Notes: generated by a model from the sequence alone, not told the origin. A DNA stretch of 63,914 nucleotides, filler included, from Octopus bimaculoides (GCF_001194135.2; 8 parts of 7 records of this genome joined end to end with filler, not necessarily neighbours in it); one strand, 5' to 3'. Counted from the whole stretch's first letter, positions 24,399 through 36,789 are shown. Program-made: numbers and translations.

Positions 24399-24720
24399 GG
24401 TGGTAGTGGTGGTGGTGGTGGTTGGTGGTAATGGTGGTGGTAGTGGTGGTGGTGGTGGTGGTGGCAGTGGCGGCGGCGGCTTTATGTGCCACCAGCATGG
24501 GTGCCAGTGAGGCAACACTGGCATCGACCCACGCTTGAATGGTGCTTTTTATGTGCCACCGGCACGGGGAGCCAGTCATGTGGGACCAGCATTGACCCAC
24601 ACTTGAATGGTGCTTATTATGTGCCACCAGCACAGGTTCCTGTGAGGCGGCACTGGCATAGGCCACAACTACAATTTCTATTTTAATTTTGATTTTACTT
24701 GACTCAATAAGTCTTCCGAA
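24399..24720 (-). mobile_element. (GGT)n tract plus RTE 3' UTR fragment with about 3 units of the 68-bp array
   Basis: Matches 16500-16850, including 'gattttacttgactcaa'. Confidence 0.85.
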
Positions 24721-25780
24721 GTGTAATATATATATTTCAAAAATCTAACAAAAACAGAGTCGTCTGAAAGATCTTTATGCTTTTGAGTGTCATTTAACTG
24801 CTATTTCTAACATGTCATCCTGCTGCAAGAGTGTGTGCAATATTATGTCAGCAAATAGGTTTAAGATATTTAGCATTGAAACCTAACTCTGAACCCACGC
24901 AACACCCCAACCTCTCCCTAACCTCACACACACACATAGTCATCCCCCTTGCCCCTTGCTCACCCTTCCTCTGACTGGTTCCAGAAAGGCAGGGTTGGCT
25001 ATCTTTTGTCCTTATCTCTTATTTTATTGACATGACCAAGCATCCAGGTCACTAACTTCTCAGAAATGTCTGCCTCCTTCTTGCTACATGTTTATATTGA
25101 TCAAATGTCTCTGCAACTGAATGGGGGAAGAGATTAGCTGCTGTTTTTTGTGGGGGGAAGAGGGAGGAATGGAGGGTGTGCTTGGCACAGGTTTNNNNNN
25201 NNNNNNNNNNNNNNNNNNNNNNNNNNNNNNNNNNNNNNNNNNNNNNNNNNNNNNNNNNNNNNNNNNNNNNNNNNNNNNNNNNNNNNNNNNNNNNNNNNNN
25301 NNNNNNNNNNNNNNNNNNNNNNNNNNNNNNNNNNNNNNNNNNNNNNNNNNNNNNNNNNNNNNNNNNNNNNNNNNNNNNNNNNNNNNNNNNNNNNNNNNNN
25401 NNNNNNNNNNNNNNNNNNNNNNNNNNNNNNNNNNNNNNNNNNNNNNNNNNNNNNNNNNNNNNNNNNNNNNNNNNNNNNNNNNNNNNNNNNNNNNNNNNNN
25501 NNNNNNNNNNNNNNNNNNNNNNNNNNNNNNNNNNNNNNNNNNNNNNNNNNNNNNNNNNNNNNNNNNNNNNNNNNNNNNNNNNNNNNNNNNNNNNNNNNNN
25601 NNNNNNNNNNNNNNNNNNNNNNNNNNNNNNNNNNNNNNNNNNNNNNNNNNNNNNNNNNNNNNNNNNNNNNNNNNNNNNNNNNNNNNNNNNNNNNNNNNNN
25701 NNNNNNNNNNNNNNNNNNNNNNNNNNNNNNNNNNNNNNNNNNNNNNNNNNNNNNNNNNNNNNNNNNNNNNNNNNNNNNNN

Positions 25781-25922
25781 GTAACTGGTACTTATTTAAT
25801 CGACCCCGAAAGGGTGAAAGGCAAAGTCGACCTCGGCGGAATTTGAACTCAGAACGTAGCGGCAGACGAAATACCACTAAGCATTTCGCCCGGCGTGCTA
25901 ACGTTTCAGCCAGCTCGCCGCC
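25781..25922 (-). mobile_element. SINE-B 5' part
   Basis: 'gaaaggcaaagtcgacctcggcggaatttgaactcagaacg..gccagctcgccgcc'. Confidence 0.9.
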
Positions 25923-26421
25923 TTTATATGCATTTATATGCATTTATATGTGAGCTTATGTGCAGAATGTATGTATGTTTGTGTGTCTGTTTGTGTCTAT
26001 ATATCTAAATGTCTATGTGCATGCATTGTATATATGTGTGTGTATATATGAGCTTCCATATATATGTGTAAGCATATGTATACGTGTATTGTACGTTTAT
26101 GTACATGTATGTCAGTCTATATCTATAAATAACACCATGAAGAAAAGTTCTTCTGCATGCATATAATAGGGTTGTCCCAACTAGGGTTAGAGATGGGCAC
26201 ATCGTCCCTTGGGAGGGGGAATTATTTTGAAGGAACATGTGGAACAATTTAATATTAAAAAAAAAACCTTTTATTCTGGTAATTTTGTAACGTTACACAA
26301 GGGAAAACATTTAAGGATTGTTTTGACGTAACATATATACATATATATACACACATATATACATACATGTGGGTGTGTGCGTGCATGTGTGTGTATGTGT
26401 TTGTGTGTGTATATTTAGGCA

Positions 26422-26579
26422 CAGAAGTGGCTGTGTGGTAAGAAGCTTGCTTACCAACCACATGGTTCCTTGTTCAGTCCCACTGCATGGAACCTTGGGC
26501 AACTGTGTCTACTATAACCTTCTGGTCAACCAAAGTCTTGGGAGTGGATTTGGTAGACAGAAACTGAAAGAAGCCCATC

Positions 26580-26635
<56 letters not shown>

Positions 26636-26798
26636 ATGTGTGTATTTGTGCATCTTTGTTTGTCTTCCCACCATTGCCTGACAACCGACGTTGGTGTGTT
26701 TACATCCCCGTAACTTAGTGAGATTAATAGAATAAAAAGAGATTGATAGAATAAGTACTTGGCTTAAAAGGAATAAGTCCTGGGGTCTATTTTTGCAG
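26422..26798 (+). mobile_element. SINE-A with internal (TA)n/(TG)n tract, ending at an assembly linker
   Basis: Head gaagtggctgtgtgg..gttcagtccc, body ccttgggcaa..gaaactgaaagaagccc. Confidence 0.9.
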
Positions 26799-26898
26799 NN
26801 NNNNNNNNNNNNNNNNNNNNNNNNNNNNNNNNNNNNNNNNNNTTAATTAATTAANNNNNNNNNNNNNNNNNNNNNNNNNNNNNNNNNNNNNNNNNNNN

Positions 26899-27135
26899 GG
26901 AAACTGAAAGAAGCCCGTCGTATATATGTATATATATATATGTCTGTGTTTGTCCCCCCAACATCGCTTGGCAACCGATGCTGGTGTGTTTATGTACCCC
27001 TAACTTAGCGGTTCGGCAAAAGAGACCAATAGAATAAGTACTAGGCTTCCAAAGAATAAGTCCTGGGGTCGATTTGCTCGACTAAAGGCGGTGCTCCAGC
27101 ATGGCCACAGTCAAAAGACTGAAACAAGTAAAATA
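26899..27135 (+). mobile_element. SINE-A 3' part
   Basis: 'gactaaaggcggtgctccagcatggccacagtc..gactgaaacaagtaaaa'. Confidence 0.9.
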
Positions 27136-27344
27136 GTAAAATAGTATATGTACATATACATTCTCTCTTTTTCTCTCTCTCCCTCAACACACACGTACAC
27201 ATACACACACAAACGCACACGTATTTGTTTATTCACGTGTGTACATATGTCTTTTTGTAAATGTGGGCGTGTATATTGCAAGGAAGGGTGTGCGCCAGTG
27301 CGTCTCTGAGGCCTATGGATCATTAGGCTCGTTGAATCGTCAGC

Positions 27345-27423
27345 CACGCCGCCGCTGTCATCATCATCTTCAGCAGCAGCAGCAGCACTACTACCACCAG
27401 CATCAGCATTGTCATCATCCTCA

Positions 27424-27463
<40 letters not shown>

Positions 27464-27500
27464 TGTAGTTCTTGTCTTCGTCTTCTCCATCATTACTGTC
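27345..27500. repeat. Compound trinucleotide repeat (CAT/CAG/CGT)
   Basis: Direct reading of the sequence. Confidence 0.9.
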
Positions 27501-27574
27501 TACGTCATGCATGGAGTGAATCTGCATTGAATAAACCAGTCACATGCCAGCTCTTGGCAGTTCCTTGATTTCAT

Positions 27575-27730
27575 CGACCCAAGCGCTTAACTGGTACTTA
27601 TTTTATCGTTCTCCGAAAGGATGAAAGGCAAAGTCGACTTCGGCAGAATTTGAACTCAGAGCATAAAGACGCAAGAAATGCCACTAAACATTTTCTCTGA
27701 CGTGCTAACGATTGTGCTAATTCGCCAACT
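27575..27730 (-). mobile_element. SINE-B
   Basis: Similarity to 25781-25922. Confidence 0.85.
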
Positions 27731-29972
27731 GTGGGGATTTGGACTGGATCGCTGCTCAGCTACTTTTCTGAGTATGCACAGGGTACTCATCTATAACATA
27801 GTTAGTTGGAAAATTTTGATTTACTGAAATGATTCATATACAATTGATTGTTGAAATAAATCTCACTTCCGTTGTGTGTAAAATCTAAAATTTAAAAAAA
27901 AAATGTGCAAGGGAGATAACTCGAAGACGATCAGTTAATTGAAATCTGTAGTGAATGTAAGCAATGCAGATTGGTAAAAGCGACATTGACCGAACTCCGT
28001 GAAGTATATCGTTGTCAGTTGCCTACGCAGAGTAAGTAATATACTGTGGGGATCTGATATATGAACGGTTCTTTAAACGAATAAATTAAATAACAAGTGG
28101 CTTCTCTGAAAAAATTAAACTCGCAAAACAAGCTGAAATTCGACTAACAAAACAGGAGCTGACTACGCACGCATATAAGTAACTGGGAGCCCATTCGTGG
28201 AGAGACTTCAAAGTTTAACAACAAACCACATGTCGTTACCTCAGAAGGTAACGACAGACGAAATACCACTAAGCCTTTCGCCCGACGTGCTAACGTTCCT
28301 GCCAGCTCGCCGCCGTCTAGGCGACGAATATTATTATAGCTTATTATAGCAGTAGCATGATTTGTGTAGATCTAGTCCAACACTCTCGTTCTTCAAACTT
28401 GTATTGGTCTGGTGCAACAAGTATCATGAGACCAGTAGGTATCAGTATGCCGGATTGGTATGAAATTACGTTTTCTTTGATAAGTTGCTAAAGAAAGGGC
28501 TGAAAGAACCTTATTTGGTCTAGGTCGGTTGTAGTGTCTGTGAGTAACCTGCTTCTAGGGCATGTTTTGCCTTTGTTATCCAAGGGAAAGGCAAGACGTC
28601 GCGACTCATTTCTACAGCCCAGTGAACTGGAACAACGTGAAATAAAGTGTCTTGCCCAATATGTATGTATCTATGTACGTACGTATGAATGTATGTATGC
28701 ATGTATATTACTTGATATGTGTGTGTATGTGTGTGTGTATGAATGTACGTACGTATATATGTATGTATACTAATTTATGTACATATATATATATACACAT
28801 ATATATATATATGTACGATTTAACTCGTGTAGAAAAAAATTCAGTAGTAAGGTTCGAGATACATTAAAAAAATTGGCTTCAGTAATCACTGTATTTGTAC
28901 TCTGTGCATATGGTTTTTTACATGTTGTCGGGAGCTTTTACTCTGCTAGTAATAACACCATTTTGTATATATTATGCACGCACTCTTTTCGTGGCCTGAA
29001 CTGCTTTATGTGTATTGAAATTTTTTTTTGATTTGAGTCTTGAGGCTTTATACTTTTCATTTAATACACACACAAACACACACACGCACATACATGTTTT
29101 ATTATGGTGTGTGTGTGTGTATGTGTGCTTGTGTATGTGTGTGAGTGTGTGTGTATAACTGGAGAAAAGTATTAAACGGGTATATGTATAGGAAGTATGT
29201 AAATAGTATTGTCTTATAAGGTCATCTCGCTTATGTGTCACGCTTATCTCTGTATCTTTCTCTTTTCCTCTCCCTCTCTCTTTTTCCTTTCACTCACACA
29301 CACACACTCACTCATACACAGACATACCCACACTTCACCACGCTCGTTCTATCAACACATCTCCTCCTTCGTTTCCCAGCTTCTTTCTCTTTATCGCTTT
29401 CTACTTAATTCTTTTTCTATTTGCTTATTATTTTAACTTCTATTTTTAACCCTATTTATTTTAACTCCCTTTCAAACGTACACACATACGTATCCTTGCA
29501 CACACATACACACGCAAACACACCCACACATGCACGCACACACATACATACATACATACACACGCACACGCACACACGTACACACAGTTACACACGCTCG
29601 CGCACATACACACATACACATATATATACATACACATACAATTACATATACATCCAGTGAAAAGTGCAGCGGAAACTTAAAGTGCAAAAGAAACACGAAG
29701 TCATTACACTTTCCCTCTGCTGCTGTTTGCAAAGTGTGTTGCTTCTGCTGTTTGAAGATTAAACAAATGGATCTCCAGCGGTTACAACGATGATTAATCC
29801 AGCTGTTGAATAAACTGAACTATTTACACACTGAATTAAAATCTAAGTGGCTGAATACTCCACAGACAATTTTTCTCTGAACAAACCTCAACCAGTATTA
29901 GCCTGACAAAGCGAGAAAATGGGTTTGGACCTTTGAATTATATAAATGTTTCTTTCCAACGACCTTCTACAG

Positions 29973-30277
29973 CAATGGTTCTCAACCATTATTCAACTAT
30001 AGACCCCTTTGATTGTGGTGAAACTCGATAGCCCATGGGCCTATTCGATGTTTAAAAACAAGTTTTATAAATACTTCTTTCAAAATTCCTATTTTGCTAT
30101 GCGCATATTAACTTGAGTGGGTTGAACTATGTAAAACGTTAAAGAAAGAAACTTAGCTGTTTTTTTTTTGTTTTTTTTTTTGCAATAGACATATTTAAAT
30201 CAAAATATGGACAGTTAAAATACCGCTGTGGATCCCCAATCTAAAGGGTCGTATGGGCCCTGGTTGAGAACAACTTG
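29973..30277. mobile_element. hAT-superfamily MITE
   Basis: TIRs caatggttctcaacc / ggttgagaacaacttg; 8-bp TSD TTCTACAG at 29965-29972 and 30278-30285. Confidence 0.9.
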
Positions 30278-30404
30278 TTCTACAGTGCCAATCTGCCAAT
30301 TTCTTACAAATCTTGGATTCAAATGTGGTTTTTTGGTAAATAAAAGAAGCAAATGCAAGATGCTACATTGATGAACGAACTTGGGAATTCAAAACCTCGA
30401 ATAG

Positions 30405-30560
30405 ACGTGTCTGTGAGGTAAGAAGCTCGCTTCCCAACCACACGGTTTCAGGGTTCAGTTCAACTGCGTGACACCTCAGGCGAGTGCCTGCTACACCAGC
30501 CTCGGGCCGACCAGAGCCTTGTGAGGGGATTTGGTTGACAGAAACTGAAAGAAGCCTTTT
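30405..30560 (+). mobile_element. SINE-A 5' part
   Basis: 'ggttcagttc..gcctcgggccgaccagagccttgtgag..gaaactgaaagaagcc'. Confidence 0.85.
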
Positions 30561-30881
30561 TTGTGTGTATGTATATATATATGACTGTGTGTCATATTAA
30601 TCACAACTGGGACGAAGTTAATTCCCAATTGTGTACATTTATGGAAGTACAGGGTATCCTTGATCTTTTTACTTGTTTCAAACATAGAACTTGCGGCATT
30701 ACTGGGGCACCACTTTCAAAGGTTTAGTCTTAATAATTGCCGCCCCACCACACACTGCATATATATTTTTAAAGCAAAGTACTTATTCTGTGGGTCTCTG
30801 TTGCCGAACTGACAACACCGAAGATGAAGGAGATAGAAACAGAAACACACACACTCACACGTATGTATATATGTATATATG

Positions 30882-30952
<71 letters not shown>

Positions 30953-31047
30953 GTGTTTGTGTGTACATGTGTGTGTACATGTGTGTGTATGTGTGTGTGT
31001 GTGTATGTATGTGTGTGACCAACCAGTGTAAAATTAATTGCAGAACT

Positions 31048-31500
31048 TGACGCAATCCAACAAAGCTACAAGAGGAAGATAACCACTTTGCAGCAAATAA
31101 GCTACTGGGGAAGACTCAAGCGCCTGAGGCTATTCCCTGAAGCGTAGACGGGAAATATATGCTGTAATATACATCTGGAAGATCCTGGAGGGACTTGTCT
31201 TAAACTTTGGCATTGAGAATTACACTAACGCTAGAACAGGGCTCCACTGCATAGTGCTAGAGACGCCAACTTTGCCATCAAAATATAGGATATTGCAATA
31301 GCCAGGGCTTTAAAGGCCCACATCTCTTCAATATCCTCCCGAAGGACCTGAGAGACCTACATGGCGTGGATGAAGATGTCTTCAAAACAAAACTAGATCT
31401 CTTACTGCCAAGAGTCTCAGATGAACCAACTTCACAGCAGAAAGTGCAAATGAGGGCAGCGGCGTCAAACTCCCTTATACACAAAATGTCAAGTTCTAAA
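31048..31500 (+). mobile_element. CR1/L2/Jockey-group LINE, ORF2 C-terminal relic
   Basis: DAIQQSYKRKI..SYWGRLKRLRLF..RR.IYAVIYIWKILEGLV..FKGPHLFNILPKDLR..FKTKLDLLL..VSDEP. Confidence 0.85.
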
Positions 31501-32289
31501 AAGTAAAAATGATGTAGCGACAACAAATGGCGGTGTGCCTTCCTGTATATATACTTAAATGTATATATACTTAAATGAGTTTGTTTCCCCCTCCTAAATT
31601 ACCCTGCATGCATATATAAGGTTCTGATGAAATTGTAAGGTGTTGCTCAGACATATATATATANNNNNNNNNNNNNNNNNNNNNNNNNNNNNNNNNNNNN
31701 NNNNNNNNNNNNNNNNNNNNNNNNNNNNNNNNNNNNNNNNNNNNNNNNNNNNNNNNNNNNNNNNNNNNNNNNNNNNNNNNNNNNNNNNNNNNNNNNNNNN
31801 NNNNNNNNNNNNNNNNNNNNNNNNNNNNNNNNNNNNNNNNNNNNNNNNNNNNNNNNNNNNNNNNNNNNNNNNNNNNNNNNNNNNNNNNNNNNNNNNNNNN
31901 NNNNNNNNNNNNNNNNNNNNNNNNNNNNNNNNNNNNNNNNNNNNNNNNNNNNNNNNNNNNNNNNNNNNNNNNNNNNNNNNNNNNNNNNNNNNNNNNNNNN
32001 NNNNNNNNNNNNNNNNNNNNNNNNNNNNNNNNNNNNNNNNNNNNNNNNNNNNNNNNNNNNNNNNNNNNNNNNNNNNNNNNNNNNNNNNNNNNNNNNNNNN
32101 NNNNNNNNNNNNNNNNNNNNNNNNNNNNNNNNNNNNNNNNNNNNNNNNNNNNNNNNNNNNNNNNNNNNNNNNNNNNNNNNNNNNNNNNNNNNNNNNNNNN
32201 NNNNNNNNNNNNNNNNNNNNNNNNNNNNNNNNNNNNNNNNNNNNNNNNNNNNNNNNNNNNNNNNNNNNNNNNNNNNNNNNNNNNATATA

Positions 32290-32520
32290 TATATATATAC
32301 ATGCAGTTGAAATTTATAGAAAGACAAGAAAAAGACAGTCGGGAAAAATGGAAAAAAATCTTTAACGTTTTGAGCCTTTGCTCTTCAACAGAAAGGAATG
32401 AGAGAAAATGAACAGAGAGAGAATGGAAAAAAACTTGTAGATTTCAGCGGTCCAGCGTATACATTTATATACTATTGCTTAAAACAGGTTGGTTCTGATC
32501 CCGAATAAGCTGAGCTTTTA
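32290..32520 (-). mobile_element. PLE pLTR-like segment related to 2630-2830
   Basis: Shared hammerhead-like block with similar purine-rich flanks. Confidence 0.55.
32359..32396 (-). ncRNA. Minimal hammerhead-like motif (A6U core; G12A in this copy)
   Basis: CCUUU-CUGUUGA-A-GAGC-AAAG-GCUC-AAA-ACGU-U-AAAGA. Confidence 0.6.
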
Positions 32521-32532
32521 TATGAAGCCAAC

Positions 32533-32835
32533 GACGAAGGCTCAAGTTGATCCGATTAACGGAACAGCCTGCTCGTGAAATTAATGTGGCAGTGGCTGAG
32601 CATTCCACAGACACATGTACCCTTAACATAGTTCCCAAGGAGATTCAATGTCACGCAGAATGTGACAAAGCTGACTCCTTGAAATACAGGTACTACTCAT
32701 TTTTGCCAGCTGAGTGGACTGGAGTAACGTGAAATAAGGTGTCTTGCTCAAGAGTACAACGCGTCGCCGGAAATTAAACCCATGACCTCATGATCGTGCG
32801 CTGAATACCTTAACAGCTAAGCTACGCGCCTTCAC
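32533..32835 (-). mobile_element. SINE: C-type head and core joined to the tail found at 10060-10250
   Basis: Head plus 'cttgagcaagacaccttatttcacg' core plus 'gagcaggctgttccg' tail. Confidence 0.85.
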
Positions 32836-32850
32836 ACGCACAATAATATG

Positions 32851-33052
32851 CTCTTTTACTTGTTTCAGTCATTTGACTGTGGCCATGCTGGAGCACCGCC
32901 TTTAGTCGAGCTAATCGACCCCAGGACTTATTCTTTGGAAGCCTAGTACTTATTCTATCGGTCTCTTTTTGCCGAACCGCTAAGTTACGGGGACGTAAAC
33001 ACACCAGCATCGGTTGTCAAGCGATGGTGGGGAGACAAACACAGACACACAA

Positions 33053-33087
<35 letters not shown>

Positions 33088-33251
33088 ACGGGCTTCTTTC
33101 AGTTTCCGTCTACCAAATCCACTCACAAGGCTTTGGTCGGCCCGAGGCTATAGTAGAAGACATTTGCCCAAGGTGCCACGCAGTGGGACTGAACCCGGAA
33201 CCATGTGGTTGGTAAGCAAGCTACTTACCACACAACCACTCCTGCACCTAT
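32851..33251 (-). mobile_element. Full-length SINE-A
   Basis: Complete head, body, internal microsatellite and 3' module. Confidence 0.93.
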
Positions 33252-34261
33252 AGCCACTCCTGGAGACAATATTTGTTTAATGCACTTTATTATAGAACAG
33301 ATGGCATTGTTATTTATCCCTTATCTAAACAGGCACCCCTCTGATCAAAAATTGTAGCAGCTTCATCCACTCCATCTTTTTCTCTGAACATGAGAACCAC
33401 GTCTACGTCATTCCATTTGTCCTTTTCTGAGACAACAGCGTATGATTTACGTGAATGTTGACTTCGAGCAGGTCAATCGACCACGTTAAAGCTCCTTCGT
33501 TGCCTCGTATTGTAATAATTGATTAAGTGTGCTGTTATCGTATATGTGATATGCGAATCTGCTTTTGCATGATGTATGAGTATTTCTATATATATGTGTG
33601 TCTGTATGCATCGAAAGAGAGACAGGAAAGCAGACGGGCAGGGCGACACTCAGATGAATGCGTCAGATAAGATAAGATTTCAGGCTCCGTCTGACAAGCT
33701 ACTGAGCGCTATTGGCTAGTATCAGCTCAAGTTCAATGACCTCGGTTTAATTAAGGTATTACATCACCATTTAGAAGCATGCCTGTCAACTCGATAGAGT
33801 TTGCACAGCAGTTGTTGTCTGAAGCATGATAAAAATTTTTCGGTTTGTCAATATGACAGAAGGGCACGGAAAATACATTTAAATTATGATTTAAACCTTG
33901 GACTACTCACTCATGCATTATATTTGATATATGCATGTGTTTGTATGGGGGGTGTTTTGTGTGTGTGTGTGTGAGACCATCGGTGTGCATTAACATCCAA
34001 TAGTCTAGAGTTAGAGTATGAAAGAATGTGTGTGTGTAAGTGTGTGTGTGTGCGTGCGTGCCCTAAATTGGCAGTAATGTAACCTTTTTAATTTTGACAC
34101 AGCCAGCAATTTTGAGGGAAATTCGAAATCGATTACATCGATACCAGTGCTCCATTCGTGCTTATTTTATCGACCCTGAAACGAGAAAAGGTCGAGCTCG
34201 GTGGCAATTGAGCTCAGAGCTTGAAACGACAGAAGAAATGCCGCTAAACATTTCATACGGC

Positions 34262-34426
34262 TGTGTCTGGGGAGAGTCATTTTCTTTTTTGTGCCTTATA
34301 ATTTAACACACTCGCCGGTAAAATTTCCACTTATTTCTTATTATTATTTTCTAAAATTTTCGTTGCGTCTTGCAACCTTTTCAATCTCCACTTCATTAAA
34401 ACATGCATCAAATCCAAAAATGAAAT
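34262..34426 (-). mobile_element. 165-bp non-coding insert with 12-bp flanking direct repeat (ATTTCATACGGC)
   Basis: Direct repeats at 34250-34261 and 34427-34438. Confidence 0.8.
34351..34385 (-). ncRNA. Hammerhead-like motif with U3/A8 core variant (stem I not formed in this copy)
   Basis: UUGAAAA-G-GUUGC-AAGAC-GCAAC-GAA-AAUU-U-UAG. Confidence 0.5.
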
Positions 34427-35059
34427 ATTTCATACGGCGTCTTAATGATTCTGCCAGCTCATCACCTTATATATTGACAGTAATATAGGGTGTTATAAAT
34501 AAACATTTTGGATGCGTACTTGAAATGATGCGTCGTATTACCTGTTGTTTAAGCCCCACCGTTGGTTGTACTATCCTACTGTACTATCCTAGGGTAATGT
34601 ATTCTGGTAGAGACCAGCAGTCGATTATATCGACCACAGTATTTGAATGATTCTTTATTTTATCGATTTCAAGAAGGTTAAGAATCAAGTTTGATGTCAA
34701 CGAGATTTGAACTCAAAGCTTGAAACACCGGAACAAAGATCACGAGTCAGTTTGCTCGACGATCTTGAAATTTCATTATTACAACAAGGTCTTTTTATAT
34801 CTCTGGATTAGAGGTCAAATGATTGCAACAACGTGCTTTTTTATGGGATAGAAGCAATTATTTCTTGTTGTAAGTGAAGCACAATTTGAATGCTAAAATC
34901 GAATTGAACTTCTATATTTTGTTTAGTGTATATAAAAGTATTTACTTTCTTTTTCTTTTCTGCTGACTGATTTTGGAGAAAGAGCCAGTACACAAGACAT
35001 TCGAGATCAATGAGCTTAATGCATAATGTTCCATTTAAAAAGTTGCAAGTAAAAATCTC

Positions 35060-35580
35060 ACAAGAAGCGCATGAGAATATAGGACTTTACAGACGACTGG
35101 TGTTGTGAGGAACTGGCCATAGGAATTAGTGTGGGACCTCCTGAATGAGGGTGCATACAATAAGAGTGATGAATGATGGAGAACCGAGTTGGTGAGGGGT
35201 GTGTAAGAGGAGGAGTTAAAAGACTTGCCAGGAGACTAGAGACCCTTATAGTAGCAATAGAAAACACAGAGAGAGGAAACTTTACATATGTGGGGAACAC
35301 TTGGAACGTGTCTTTTGAGTAACTTAATGTTAATTAGTCTAGTAGTCCTTCTCACGATGGAGTCTAAGTTGTATGTGTGCGTAGCAGCAGGACCCTCTCA
35401 GATGTCGAGGCAACAGTTCATTGTGGACCTCTCTTGAACTTTATATAGTGTCAGAAATTGATGGATGCTGAAATATATTCTACTTCTAAAGAGAAAGGCC
35501 AGTTTTAGAGATGCGTTCCTGACTATACTAAGAATATGCTTTCACCAGACGAGATCCTTCTTTAGTGATAGTGAAGCCCA
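35060..35580 (-). mobile_element. Decayed CR1/L2-group LINE, C-terminal RT region
   Basis: Across frameshifts: MLGFTIT..ILSIVRNASLKLAFLF..HQFLTLYKVQ..LDSI.RRTTRLINI..SSLCVFYCYY. Confidence 0.7.
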
Positions 35581-35739
35581 GCATTGTGGGTGGCTGTGAG
35601 GTGTCTAGCTGAGCGTTAGCATAAGATAAAACTGTAAAAATTATCACAAGTTATCCAGCTTTTCTCTCCATGCACGTATTTATTAATGTATTTCACAGTT
35701 AGTATATAACGACATTATCACTCCATAGAGCCACATACA

Positions 35740-36530
35740 GCTATTATTTCGAATAATGATTATTGTATCACATTTCTAAGATTCCTGCCAAATCGAAATT
35801 ATTTTCTGGACTTCCTAGCAGTACTAATAGATATTAGATGTTAGATATTTTCTTTCCTGTTCAGGATATTGGAAAAAATTTATGCTCGCTCGACAGCTCT
35901 AAGACCAAAGAGCCAGACAAAATTCAATACTATTCCACGAGGTTACTAATTCACTATCTACATCTTATATTTGATTATTCTGCTAATCATTTAATCAAGA
36001 TCTAATCCTTGCCGAATAGAGGCCTGTCGTTTGTGTGGCAATCAACAAAATAAAATGTATCAAAATAATGTAATAATTTTAATGCTAATAGCTTCAGACC
36101 TTTTTCAATTACTTCAAACTGCTAGTGCGTTTAGTCAACGATAAAAGGTTGGATTTCTTACGCTCTAATAATCTGATTTATTCTGCTCAATTTGAATTAC
36201 AACCTCACCACGCAACAAAAGAGCAATTCAGCTTATCTATTCACTAAATTGTTGTCTGAACTTGTAAATTAAAAACCTCTAACTTCGCAATTTATGTAGA
36301 TTTGGCTTGTTTTTGATGCTCTACTCTGTTATTAGCTATCATACAAACTTCATTGCTTAAGGGAAACCGTTTCAGTCTGTTCAAAATAATTTAGTAGCTT
36401 TCTTCCCGGAAGAACCAAAAGAAGAGCATCAGTAATAACTTCTCTGATTTACGTGCCTTACAGCTCGTATTCCCCAGAGCAACATTGTTGCCTTAACCTT
36501 ATTTCATTTAATTTATTTAGGTCAAGACTG
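35740..36530 (+). mobile_element. Heavily decayed LINE reverse-transcriptase region
   Basis: Remnant motifs FRPF.ITS, LVNDKRLDFLRSNNLIYSAQF, AIYVDLA.FD, IPQS (VPQG-like). Confidence 0.65.
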
Positions 36531-36789
36531 ATTCATATTGGCCCTTATTCATTAGTTTCTTCTAACACTTAATGAAATGGTTAAAACTATGCTGATGTCT
36601 CTGTTGGTGCTATCACACGGCGTCAGTATCATTATTAATATTGAATTGCAGATTGGGCAAAACATTCAGATTGTTCGGGTTAAATTTGACGAATTTATGT
36701 CGCCTTTCTTTTCAGGAAGAGCTTGCTGTATTGGTAAACAATCAACAGCGTTGGAGAGCATAAAGATTAAAGTTGTAGTTGAGAAAAAT

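Larger units (their letters stand above)
34140..34470 (-). mobile_element. SINE-B interrupted by a 165-bp insert
   Basis: SINE halves 34140-34261 and 34427-34470 are colinear around the insert. Confidence 0.8.

Noticed and set aside
27111-27568. Acidic (poly-Asp) and poly-Arg/Gln ORFs
   Set aside because: Compound trinucleotide repeat open in multiple frames on both strands; no convincing splice context.
31624-31660. CTGATGA hammerhead-like start
   Set aside because: No GAAA or stem III before the microsatellite and gap.
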